A stretch of DNA of 64,000 nucleotides from an uncultured Nitrososphaerales archaeon (lineage in GTDB: Archaea; Thermoproteota; Nitrososphaeria; Nitrososphaerales; Gagatemarchaeaceae). The stretch is from the NCBI GenBank assembly GCA_963706445.1, contig OY970160.1:928001-992000 (forward strand), in the 5' to 3' direction. Made by a program: the position numbers and the translations under genes. How positions within the stretch are numbered: the first letter of the stretch is position 1; the number at the start of each line of letters is the position of its first letter. Under the pieces are notes generated by a model. The model worked only from the letters and a program-made list of their open reading frames with translations, was not told where the DNA came from and made no database searches. Positions 38,781-46,919 of the stretch are shown in pieces.

Positions 38781-39530
38781 TCACCTGAATAGGTCCCGCT
38801 CGGGGGGCATGATCATCGACCCCACCCCCTCCTCTCCCCGGACGTATTCTGCACCCCGCACTACGGCCGCCGGAATCCCCTTCAGTTTCCCGATGGCGAG
38901 CTCCGCCGCTCCAGCGATCTCGTCGACCACCGAAGGCTCCGTCACCCTAAGCTCGTAACCGAACCTGTCCATCTTGCCCGCGTACTTGACTAATGGTACG
39001 ACCCCCGAGCACCCTATCGCCACGTCTGTCTGGCCCATCCTCCATGGCCTTCCGAAGGTGTCCGTCACGACCACGGCGACATTCCTGCGGGTCGCTTCCT
39101 CAAGCTTCTTCCTGATCTTCCGTGCGCTCCCGTCTGGGTCTATGGGGAGCAGGGCCACGTTCCCTCCGCCCACGTTTGACTGGTCGATGCCGGCATTCGC
39201 GCAGACGAAGCCGTGCCTGGTCTGGGTGATGATCACCCCGTTCCGTGCACGCACTACCCTCACAGACTCCTTCAGCATCAGTTCGACGAGCCTTGGGTCC
39301 TTGCCCTCCTTCTTGCCGAGGCTCTTTGCCCTACGCCCGGGGACGACTTCCTCGAGCCTGACTATACGCCCCTCCGCCTTCGACACGACCTTCTGCTTGA
39401 CCACCACGACGTCCCCTTCCTGCAGCCGGAGTCCCCCGCGAACCAGTGATGCCAGGATCAAGCCTGCGAGGTCGTCCCCTCCTCTTACCTCTGGAATCCC
39501 CCTGAGCGGGATGACCTCGATTCGACCCAC
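38781..39530 (-). CDS. cofE: Coenzyme F420-0:L-glutamate ligase
   Basis: KVVSKAEG, ANAGIDQSN, TDTFGRPWR.G, DLFR. Confidence 0.95.
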   Translation of the reverse strand: MGRIEVIPLRGIPEVRGGDDLAGLILASLVRGGLRLQEGDVVVVKQKVVSKAEGRIVRLEEVVPGRRAKSLGKKEGKDPRLVELMLKESVRVVRARNGVIITQTRHGFVCANAGIDQSNVGGGNVALLPIDPDGSARKIRKKLEEATRRNVAVVVTDTFGRPWRMGQTDVAIGCSGVVPLVKYAGKMDRFGYELRVTEPSVVDEIAGAAELAIGKLKGIPAAVVRGAEYVRGEEGVGSMIMPPERDLFR

Positions 39531-39620
39531 GTTGCTCGGCGCCTCACGGTTGAAGTCCGATAAAGACTCTGCTCGTCGGGGCTACCGTTTTAAGGGCCTG
39601 AGGGAGGCTTCGTTTCATCA

Positions 39621-40676
39621 TTGCCCACAGAGAAAGAAGTCCTGAACGCCCTGGCCTCGGTAAAGGACCCTGAGCTTGGAAAGGACGTCGTGACTCTCAA
39701 CATGATCGATGGTGTAAAGGTCGAGGGAGAAAAGGTGACGTTCACGCTCAACTTGACGACACCCGCCTGTCCGCTGAGGACACGGCTGGAGCAGTCGGCC
39801 AAGGAGGCGGTCGCTGCGGTCCCGGGGGTCAGGGAGGTCGAGATGAAGACGGGAGCGACAGTCGCCGCCACCAGGGATTACGCGAGCGCAGAGATGCTCA
39901 AGGGGGTCAGAAACATCATCGCCGTCGCCAGCGGGAAGGGAGGAGTGGGCAAGTCGACGGTGGCCGTGAACCTGGCGGTGGCCCTCGCCGCTTCCGGTGC
40001 CAAGGTTGGCATCCTGGACGCAGATGTCTATGGGCCGAACATCCCCCTGATGATGGGGGTGAGTAAGGCCCCCGAAGTGAAGGACGGCTTGATAATCCCG
40101 CCGAGAGCGCACGGGGTCAAGATCGCTTCTCTGGGTTTCTTCTATGACGAGAGGACCCCTGTGATCTGGAGGGGCCCTCTGGTTGCGGGCGCGGTCCGTC
40201 AACTGCTCACTCAGGTGGATTGGGGGGACCTCGACTACCTCGTGTGCGATCTCCCGCCAGGGACAGGGGACGCGTCACTGACTCTCGCTCAGACTGTGCC
40301 ACTGGGAGGGGTCATCATCGTCACGACCCCCCAAGAAGCGGCCCTCAACATTGCGGCCAAGGCTCTGGCCATGTTCAAGCGCCTGAACGTCCCAATCCTC
40401 GGCGTGGCAGAGAACATGAGTTACTTCATTTGCCCCCACTGTGGAGAAAGGGCTGACATCTTTTCCAGCGGGGGAGGGAAGAGAATCGCGGCCCAGCGTG
40501 GAGTTGAATTCCTTGGGGAAATCCCGCTTGCCCTGGCAGTCAGGGAGGGGTCGGACACTGGAGTGCCCGTTGTCTCGGCCAAGCCCAACGCCCCCGAGTC
40601 CGTCGTCTACAAGGAGCTGGCCTTCAGGGTCGCGGGGATGGTGAGCATCGTGGCGTTCAGCAAGACAGGGAAATGA
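39621..40676 (+). CDS. mrp: Mrp/NBP35 Fe-S cluster carrier ATPase
   Basis: DPEL, TTPACP, SGKGGVGKS, DLPPGTGD, CPHC. Confidence 0.95.
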   Translation: MPTEKEVLNALASVKDPELGKDVVTLNMIDGVKVEGEKVTFTLNLTTPACPLRTRLEQSAKEAVAAVPGVREVEMKTGATVAATRDYASAEMLKGVRNIIAVASGKGGVGKSTVAVNLAVALAASGAKVGILDADVYGPNIPLMMGVSKAPEVKDGLIIPPRAHGVKIASLGFFYDERTPVIWRGPLVAGAVRQLLTQVDWGDLDYLVCDLPPGTGDASLTLAQTVPLGGVIIVTTPQEAALNIAAKALAMFKRLNVPILGVAENMSYFICPHCGERADIFSSGGGKRIAAQRGVEFLGEIPLALAVREGSDTGVPVVSAKPNAPESVVYKELAFRVAGMVSIVAFSKTGK

Positions 40677-40768
40677 GCGAAGACAAACTGCTCAAGAAGG
40701 CGGAACGAAAAAAGAAGGCTAGAAAGCGGACGAGAGGTCCGTATAGGAAGGCCTGGTCACCGAATTAG
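40673..40768 (+). CDS. Small highly basic protein (31 aa, not in ORF track)
   Basis: ATGA overlap with mrp stop; MSEDKLLKKAERKKKARKRTRGPYRKAWSPN. Confidence 0.65.
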   Translation: MSEDKLLKKAERKKKARKRTRGPYRKAWSPN

Positions 40769-40770
40769 GG

Positions 40771-41142
40771 TCAGCGGACCGCCACGGCGTCGATCTCTAC
40801 CTTCGCCCCCCTCGGCAGAGCGGCAACCTGGACGGTAGACCGGGCAGGAAACGGAACCGCGAAATGCTTGGCATACTCTTCGTTCATGACTGGGAATTCC
40901 GAGAGATCGGTCATGAACACCGTGGACTTCACCACGTCCTTCAGGCCAAGCCCGGCCGCACCGAGGACCGCCTCTAGATTCGCTAGTGCACGCGCCGTCT
41001 GGGCAACTATCCCCTCGACTATGTTCCCGGTCTCGGGGTCGATTCCTATCTGGCCGGAGCAGTACACCGACCCCGCGTCTATCCCTTGAGAGTAGGGCCC
41101 TATGGGTGATGGGGCTGAATCTGTCCTGACGGCCTTCTTCAT
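40771..41142 (-). CDS. ridA: RidA/YjgF family reactive intermediate deaminase
   Basis: IGPYSQ, SGQI, PARS.V.V..LP, VEI. Confidence 0.95.
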   Translation of the reverse strand: MKKAVRTDSAPSPIGPYSQGIDAGSVYCSGQIGIDPETGNIVEGIVAQTARALANLEAVLGAAGLGLKDVVKSTVFMTDLSEFPVMNEEYAKHFAVPFPARSTVQVAALPRGAKVEIDAVAVR

Positions 41143-41169
41143 GGATGGTCTGGAGCCCTCCGACTACCA

Positions 41170-41598
41170 CTATTTCGGTTTGGCCTCGAACGCGTGAGGA
41201 TTATTCCTGGCCTCGAGGAGCTGCCTGAGCTTCCGATAGACGTCGTCATCTGTCTCATATTCGATGGTCTCCTTTTTGTCCATGTGCTGAAGCATCCTGG
41301 AGGTGACGTTTCCCTTCCTGACGAGGAGAATTATTCGCCGTCCCGCCTTGTAGGCAGCCATGATCTCCATGCCGACGCCGATGCTCGGCTCGCTGATGTC
41401 TGCCACGAGGATGTCGCAGTCCTCAGAGCTGGCCATGTCCCGTCGGAAGACGTTCACCATGGAATCTGACCTCTCTATGAGACCGAGTACCCATGGGGAC
41501 GTCACTTCATGCCCGGAGTCCTCGATCGCTTTCGCCATCAAATGCGCCCTGGATAGAGCCCTGTTGGTTATCATAGGCACCGAGAGGTAGACCTTCAA
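41170..41598 (-). CDS. Nucleoside 2-deoxyribosyltransferase-like protein
   Basis: KVYLS, VFRRD...DILVAD..PSIGVGME. Confidence 0.85.
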   Translation of the reverse strand: MKVYLSVPMITNRALSRAHLMAKAIEDSGHEVTSPWVLGLIERSDSMVNVFRRDMASSEDCDILVADISEPSIGVGMEIMAAYKAGRRIILLVRKGNVTSRMLQHMDKKETIEYETDDDVYRKLRQLLEARNNPHAFEAKPK

Positions 41599-41631
41599 GC
41601 TTGTCGGGACTCCGATAAGGGCGGTTTATGC

Positions 41632-41826
41632 TTATCTTACGAGAGGAGCTTTCTGACCAGAACTTCTTGCCTTGGTGTGAGGGCATTTCTGGGGACTATG
41701 GGCGTAGCAGTAGCTTGCCCCACAAACGTGGCATGAGTAGTAGAACCCTACACCGAGCCGTCGGCCGCAAACACCGCAGGTCCGGGCCATCGCCTGCTCA
41801 GTGCTGGTGTACATGTTTGATTCCAC
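41632..41826 (-). CDS. Small zinc-finger protein (AN1-like)
   Basis: CGVC..CHVC..YC..H..C.H. Confidence 0.7.
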   Translation of the reverse strand: MESNMYTSTEQAMARTCGVCGRRLGVGFYYSCHVCGASYCYAHSPQKCPHTKARSSGQKAPLVR

Positions 41827-41962
41827 CGAATAGGTAGATAGTGGCCTTGCTTTTAAGAGAACGGATTGTCAATCCATAGAATATGAGGGGGTATTGTAAA
41901 AGTGTTATTCACGTTTCCCCATTGGTCAAGTGAATGCTCTAGGGCTCGAATTCACAGGTCGG

Positions 41963-42445
41963 CTAGCGCTTGTATCCTATTTTTCGGAGGAAAGCCCGCC
42001 TTTCTTCTTTGTCCTTGTAGCTCTCTACCTCCCTGGGAGAGACCCCGTCTATCACCCCCAGGACCCCCCTCCCTTTCCCTGAGTCAGCTACCACCACTGT
42101 TACGGGGTTCGAAGTGGCGCAGAACACCTCGGTGACTTCGTCCACCACCTTGATCCTGTTGAGGACGTTGATCGGGAACGCCCCCTTGAGAACGATGACG
42201 AAGCAGTGACCTGCACCTAGCTTCAGTGCGAAGTCCTCGGCGAGTTCGGTTGAGCCCTTGTCAGTGCCGTCCGACCTCACCAGGGCCTTCCCGGAAGCTT
42301 CGCAGAAGGCGACCCCGAACTTGATGCCGGGCATCGAAGTTACAAGTGTCTCGTACAGATCTTCAACAGATTTGATGAAGTGAGCCTGGCCGATTATCAA
42401 CTGGGACCCTTCGGGTACTTCAAGGGGAACCTCGTCCGTATTCAT
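41963..42445 (-). CDS. Adenosine-specific kinase family protein (DUF355)
   Basis: IIGQAHFIKSVEDL, FCEASG, FPINVLN, GVIDG, IGYKR. Confidence 0.9.
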   Translation of the reverse strand: MNTDEVPLEVPEGSQLIIGQAHFIKSVEDLYETLVTSMPGIKFGVAFCEASGKALVRSDGTDKGSTELAEDFALKLGAGHCFVIVLKGAFPINVLNRIKVVDEVTEVFCATSNPVTVVVADSGKGRGVLGVIDGVSPREVESYKDKEERRAFLRKIGYKR

Positions 42446-42624
42446 GCGCAAGTACCAAATCCGCGGGAATGTTATCTTTTCCGTCCATAATCGACCGTGC
42501 CGCGAACAGCTTGACTCCTAGAGGAGGAGGTGTATCCTATCACAGTTGTCTTTAGGTCCCTAGCTGGACCCCTAGCCAGCATTTACCGTGTTCGTGATCA
42601 CCCCGTCTAGCCTGGGGCTGGGTA

Positions 42625-44091
42625 CTAGCCTCGGATTCTTGGCTCTAGGGTTTCTTCGAAGAACCTTCGCGTCATCCCGCTAGCAGGCGAGTCAAACGGA
42701 TCAATGCTCACCACGACGGGGAGGTTCCTAACCGCGTACCCGAGCAGGAGGCACATTCGGGGAGGAAGGGTCCTCACGATGGCCTTGACGGTGTCCGTGT
42801 CCGCCATCGAGGCCTGCGACACCAGCCCGAGGTCCGAGTCGCTGCTGAAGTTGTAGAGGAATATGTTGTCCACCTGGCGGTAGATCTTCTGGTCGATGGC
42901 GTCGGGCTGGTTTGTGACGAACACGGTGAAGACCCCGAAGTGCCTCATCCTCGTGATAAGGTCCTCCCAGTAGGTGTCGCGCAGGTACAGGTGGGCCTCC
43001 TCGGCGAAGAGGAAGACAGGCGGAATCTTGCGCCGCTCGAGGAGCTCCACCAGCTTGGAAAGCATGAGCTCGACGACCATCTTCCTGTTGAGGGGGGAGA
43101 CCCCGCTCAGGGACACCACCAGGGCCCCCCCGTCCCGGTTCATAGAGAAGAAGTCCTGCAGGTCGAACTGCTGTCGGGGGGAGTCGGTGAAGAGGCCGCA
43201 TGACGCCAAGGTGTGGTACCTGGCGAAGAGAGCGTCCCTCACGAACTCGTTGCACCTCCACTGCTGGATGCCAGATTCGAGGGTGGCCAGGGTCAGCTCG
43301 TCCCTGTTGTCGAGCTGCTCCCAAATCTTGACGAACTCCCTGAGCGACGTCCCGGGCATGTCGAGGGAGTGCGAAAGGAGGTTGGTGATCGCCCTGAGCC
43401 CCACCGACGCAAGTGAAAACTTCAGGTCCCGCCCTGGGCGGAGCACCTGCACCTTCCGGCTTTCAGAGGTCTCTGTGCCGTCCTTGCGCTGGCCCACGGA
43501 GCCGTATTCGTCGTTGAGGTCGAATACCACGGCGTAGGCGCCATTCTCGAGGAGGCCCCTGAGCAGGATTTTCGCTAGGTGAGACTTCCCCGACTCCTTC
43601 CTCCCAGTAATGACCGTGATCCTGCCGTCAAGGGTCTCCGCCGGGATGCTGAACGCCGACTCGGAGTCGACGGTCCCGAGTCGGATGTCCCTGACCCCCA
43701 ACGGCTCGACCGCCCCTGCCAGCTCTTCAACCATCAGACGGGTCACCGCGGAACTCGTCCTCGAGGGCATCCAGTTCGCGCGAGGGGTGAGCCGCCCGTC
43801 CGAAATCGTCCCCCGGGCCTTGCATAACAGTATCCGCATGTCCCTAATGAGGGTGGAGATAGTAGAAAGCCCCGTGGGGTCCGATGTCGTCCCCGGGGCG
43901 GATGCAGAGAGTATCTCCTCCCTGGCTATCTCTTCTTCTATCCCTTCGACGTCCAGGTACCTTTCGTCGTAGACCTGCATTACCAGGCTCCTCTGGGGCT
44001 CAGAAGCGACCAGGTAGTCCCCGACGCGGACCCGCTCCCTGGGGGAGGCGATGACGAGTATGTCGTCCGACTCTTTCTTGAGTATCTTCAG
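42625..44091 (-). CDS. HerA/FtsK-superfamily ATPase (DUF87)
   Basis: Walker A GRKESGKS, Walker B FAEEAH, RMRHFG, TNQP; N-terminal barrel-like segment starts at CTG 44091. Confidence 0.87.
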   Translation of the reverse strand: MKILKKESDDILVIASPRERVRVGDYLVASEPQRSLVMQVYDERYLDVEGIEEEIAREEILSASAPGTTSDPTGLSTISTLIRDMRILLCKARGTISDGRLTPRANWMPSRTSSAVTRLMVEELAGAVEPLGVRDIRLGTVDSESAFSIPAETLDGRITVITGRKESGKSHLAKILLRGLLENGAYAVVFDLNDEYGSVGQRKDGTETSESRKVQVLRPGRDLKFSLASVGLRAITNLLSHSLDMPGTSLREFVKIWEQLDNRDELTLATLESGIQQWRCNEFVRDALFARYHTLASCGLFTDSPRQQFDLQDFFSMNRDGGALVVSLSGVSPLNRKMVVELMLSKLVELLERRKIPPVFLFAEEAHLYLRDTYWEDLITRMRHFGVFTVFVTNQPDAIDQKIYRQVDNIFLYNFSSDSDLGLVSQASMADTDTVKAIVRTLPPRMCLLLGYAVRNLPVVVSIDPFDSPASGMTRRFFEETLEPRIRG

Positions 44092-44094
44092 GCG

Positions 44095-45087
44095 CTAGGC
44101 ACTCCCTTTGAATCCGCCCAGGGCGATCTTCCTCAGAGGGAACGTGTGTAGCTGGCGGACGCGAAACTTCTTTGTGACGAAGGCCTTCAGCGCCTGGTCA
44201 TCCGCCTTTGAAAAGATCGAGAGATGGTGTGCGACCTTCAGTGAATCGGGGTAGCCTGACGCGAAGGCGTCGTTCCAGAGCACCCTGCCCAAGGTGGTTT
44301 CCATCGGTTCGGGACCCGAAAGGTCAAGCCTGAACACCAGCCCGTCGTGGGTGAACTTCGCGAGGACCGTGCCGACGGCCCCCCGATCGATGACATAGTA
44401 GGAGGGCCCGGGGGTCCGCGACAAAGCACCGGCCATCTGTTCACTAAGTATCAGATTGCTCGACTTTGAGAACCCGACGAAGCACCTGCCGGCCCCAGGT
44501 CTGAGAAGGAAGCTGTTGGCAAGCTGGCCCATGGGGTGCTTGAGGGAACCGTCTGCCATGATTATGGTGTCGCCGTCTGAACCCGAGAGCGCCTCGATCA
44601 CCCGCCTCTCCACATTGTTTCTGATGTATCTCTCAGCAACCGCGTGGTCAGATAGAAGCAGGTCCATCTCCGAGGAGGGGAGGCGTGGAGTCAGCCCCGA
44701 CAGCCCGGACGAATTAGCAAAGACAAGTATCGGCCCGAGCCTGAAGAACCTGCGCAGGGAGCCTTCGAAGGAGATGCCTACGGCGGTCCGGGCAGCGTAT
44801 AGCGCGCCCTCCGCAGTCTCCCCCACGAGGACGCACGTCGAATCGACGGACGCGACCGGCCGCCCTTCTTTGATAGGAATTATGCACCCAGGGGCCAGTT
44901 GCGCGTCTGTCGACTCGAAGTACGGATAGAGCTCCTTCCCGTAGCTGCTGAAGACGAACGTCCTCCCAGCGAGCTGTCTCTCGGCGCTCTCCGAGAGCTC
45001 AACGAATGCCTCTTCGAACTCCCTGGCGAGAGAGTCCAAGACGGAGAGGCGCTCGTCTTCGGTATCTTGGAAGGTCTCGATGGCCAT
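44095..45087 (-). CDS. NurA-like nuclease
   Basis: SVDST, ADGSL, GFSKSS, FRLD, GYPDSL..AH. Confidence 0.8.
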   Translation of the reverse strand: MAIETFQDTEDERLSVLDSLAREFEEAFVELSESAERQLAGRTFVFSSYGKELYPYFESTDAQLAPGCIIPIKEGRPVASVDSTCVLVGETAEGALYAARTAVGISFEGSLRRFFRLGPILVFANSSGLSGLTPRLPSSEMDLLLSDHAVAERYIRNNVERRVIEALSGSDGDTIIMADGSLKHPMGQLANSFLLRPGAGRCFVGFSKSSNLILSEQMAGALSRTPGPSYYVIDRGAVGTVLAKFTHDGLVFRLDLSGPEPMETTLGRVLWNDAFASGYPDSLKVAHHLSIFSKADDQALKAFVTKKFRVRQLHTFPLRKIALGGFKGSA

Positions 45088-45103
45088 TTTGCGCGCATTA
45101 TGG

Positions 45104-45145
45104 GCATGTTGCGCACTATAAAACTATTGCGCATGAGCAACATGC
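45104..45145. promoter_or_regulatory. Inverted-repeat operator bracketing the NurA-like gene TATA box
   Basis: GCATGTTGC (45104-45112) / GCAACATGC (45137-45145); TGCGCA at 45110 and 45128 flanking TATAAAA (45117-45123). Confidence 0.6.
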
Positions 45146-45272
45146 ACAATAGATATAAACATCTGATGGCTGATACCTTGCAGGCATGGAAGAAGCGGTT
45201 ATACTTCAACGAACGACGGAAGTCTCCAGTTCAAATAATGGCATCTTGGACAACAGGCGCAACAAGATACAG

Positions 45273-45692
45273 TTGTCGGAAAACGAGAAACCTCCGAGCG
45301 TCACGGTCAGGCTTAAGCGGGGAGCATGGGAGATCGAGATAACCTCGCAGGAGGACCGGGTGCAGCAGGCGGTAGAGAGCGTTCTGGCAGGGATGGCGTC
45401 GAAGGAGCCGATGCTAGTGGAATCTCAAGAGGCTCTTCCTGGTGACAGGAAGGGCGAGACCTCCAGAGGGGTCATCACGACGATGTGGAAGGAGGGTTGG
45501 TTTGTTACACCCAAGGCATTGTCCGAAGTCCACGAGGAGATGAGTAGGCGGGGGTATCATTATGACAGGACAGCTGTGTCCCACACCCTTGTAGACCTCG
45601 TCAGGGAGGGGTCCTTGTTCAGAGACGGGAGCATGAGGAACTATCGGTACGTCCAGAAGTACCCCTTCAAGAGCCAGAACGGAGCTTCTTAG
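45273..45692 (+). CDS. Winged-helix protein with N-terminal beta-beta-alpha domain (paralogue 1)
   Basis: VTVRLKRGAWEIEI; EGWF.TPK.LSEV..EM.RRGY....VS..L..LV. Confidence 0.75.
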   Translation: MSENEKPPSVTVRLKRGAWEIEITSQEDRVQQAVESVLAGMASKEPMLVESQEALPGDRKGETSRGVITTMWKEGWFVTPKALSEVHEEMSRRGYHYDRTAVSHTLVDLVREGSLFRDGSMRNYRYVQKYPFKSQNGAS

Positions 45693-46179
45693 AGAGCTGC
45701 TCGCCGAGCCTGTTCGTCCCTACCGTTGTTATCCTGTACTTGCCCCCTTGGTCAGACTCGACCCTCTCGACATTGGCAGCCTTTGTCAACTCGCTGAGCC
45801 TCGAGCTTATCGTCTTCGGGTAGAGCCCCGTGGCCGACTCAATTTCGGCCACCCCCATGGCATCCATCGTCGTCTTCCCGCTCAGGCTTGCAATCCTGGC
45901 GGCGACCAGCTGGAGCATGATAACGTCCCTGTCACTTAGCTTCTTGTCCTGGGTCCAGACCCTTGGCCCTTCGGGGGTGACACGGACGTATTCCTTGAAC
46001 ATCTGGACGAGGTCGTTCAAGGAGTAGTTGACGCTGATCACCCTCGCTAGATCCATGTTGGGTATCATCTTCGAAACGAATTCGTGCAACGAGCGCATGA
46101 CTACTTCTGGTGAGCCCGAGAATTCGACCTTAGAGTCGCCGTAGCTTACCGATATTGAAAGGTCTCTTTCGCTTGACAG
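45667..46179 (-). CDS. Winged-helix protein with N-terminal beta-beta-alpha domain (paralogue 2)
   Basis: CTG start gives SISVSYGDSKVEFSGSPE; EIESATGLYPKTISSRLSEL..YRIT. Confidence 0.75.
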   Translation of the reverse strand: MSSERDLSISVSYGDSKVEFSGSPEVVMRSLHEFVSKMIPNMDLARVISVNYSLNDLVQMFKEYVRVTPEGPRVWTQDKKLSDRDVIMLQLVAARIASLSGKTTMDAMGVAEIESATGLYPKTISSRLSELTKAANVERVESDQGGKYRITTVGTNRLGEQLSKKLRSGS

Positions 46180-46256
46180 TTCCCCACGAGCTCCGCGGCG
46201 GTCAAGATTCTGATTCGCTTAAATTAGTATCGCGGGGATCCGCGACTTGGAAGGTC

Positions 46257-46763
46257 TCAATCGGGCTGGGGCGCCGTCAGTTCCCCGAAGACGCGGTCAT
46301 CTGGAGCCTGCGGAATATTTGACATGGTAAGAGCTGAGGTATACACATACTCTCCGTCCTCCGCCTTGAATCTCCTTAGCTTCGTGGTCTTGGCGAGCCT
46401 CAAGAGCGCGACCGCCACTGACTGCTTCGGATAATTCAGGCCGTATGATTGGAGTGCCTCCCTGACGTCGGAGAGCTTGCGTTTCTCCCTTCCCCAGGGG
46501 CCTGAGAAGAACTTCCCAATCACGTCCGCAAGAGAATCCCCCTTCTCAAGGGAGATGACCGGGGTCTGGGACGACAATGACTGATCAGGTGCCTCCTTCG
46601 AGGGGCCAAGGACGGTCTCCCCCCTTTCGGTCGCGGATTCCCTTGCCGGGACCCGGATCTTCGCGACAAGCTCTGGGATGAGATCTATTGCCTCCCTGAG
46701 GTGTTCGGGTTCCGCCTCCACCTCTGCTTCAGCCTGCCCGAGTCTGACCCTGATCTTGGTCAA
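46257..46763 (-). CDS. Winged-helix protein with N-terminal beta-beta-alpha domain (paralogue 3)
   Basis: KIRVRLGQAEAEVEA; LSDVREAL..GLNY....VAVAL.RL..LRR....YVY. Confidence 0.75.
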   Translation of the reverse strand: MTKIRVRLGQAEAEVEAEPEHLREAIDLIPELVAKIRVPARESATERGETVLGPSKEAPDQSLSSQTPVISLEKGDSLADVIGKFFSGPWGREKRKLSDVREALQSYGLNYPKQSVAVALLRLAKTTKLRRFKAEDGEYVYTSALTMSNIPQAPDDRVFGELTAPQPD

Positions 46764-46919
46764 GAATGAACTGGGGGCCTCGAGAGTTCTTTGCGCATTT
46801 AAGCGTAGACATTAGCTTGTCAAATATCCGATATAGCAAAAACAGACTCAACCTGTAATGGGAAAGTCTTCCACAATCATGTGGTTTGTCTTAATAGTTT
46901 GGGTATGAGAGGCCTGCGG

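Noticed and set aside
44089-44097. TAG readthrough or pyrrolysine recoding fusing NurA-HerA (also endA-MBL at 1873-1878), since both pairs are in frame across a single TAG
   Set aside because: TAG ends many genes here at their natural C-termini, endA ends where expected, and no pyl genes are present. Reinitiation at CTG is simpler.
46861-46872. GGAA-AGTC-TTCC upstream of glnA as an NrpR operator
   Set aside because: The spacer is 4 nt, not the 6 nt of GGAA-N6-TTCC. It may be another site, but NrpR is unsupported.
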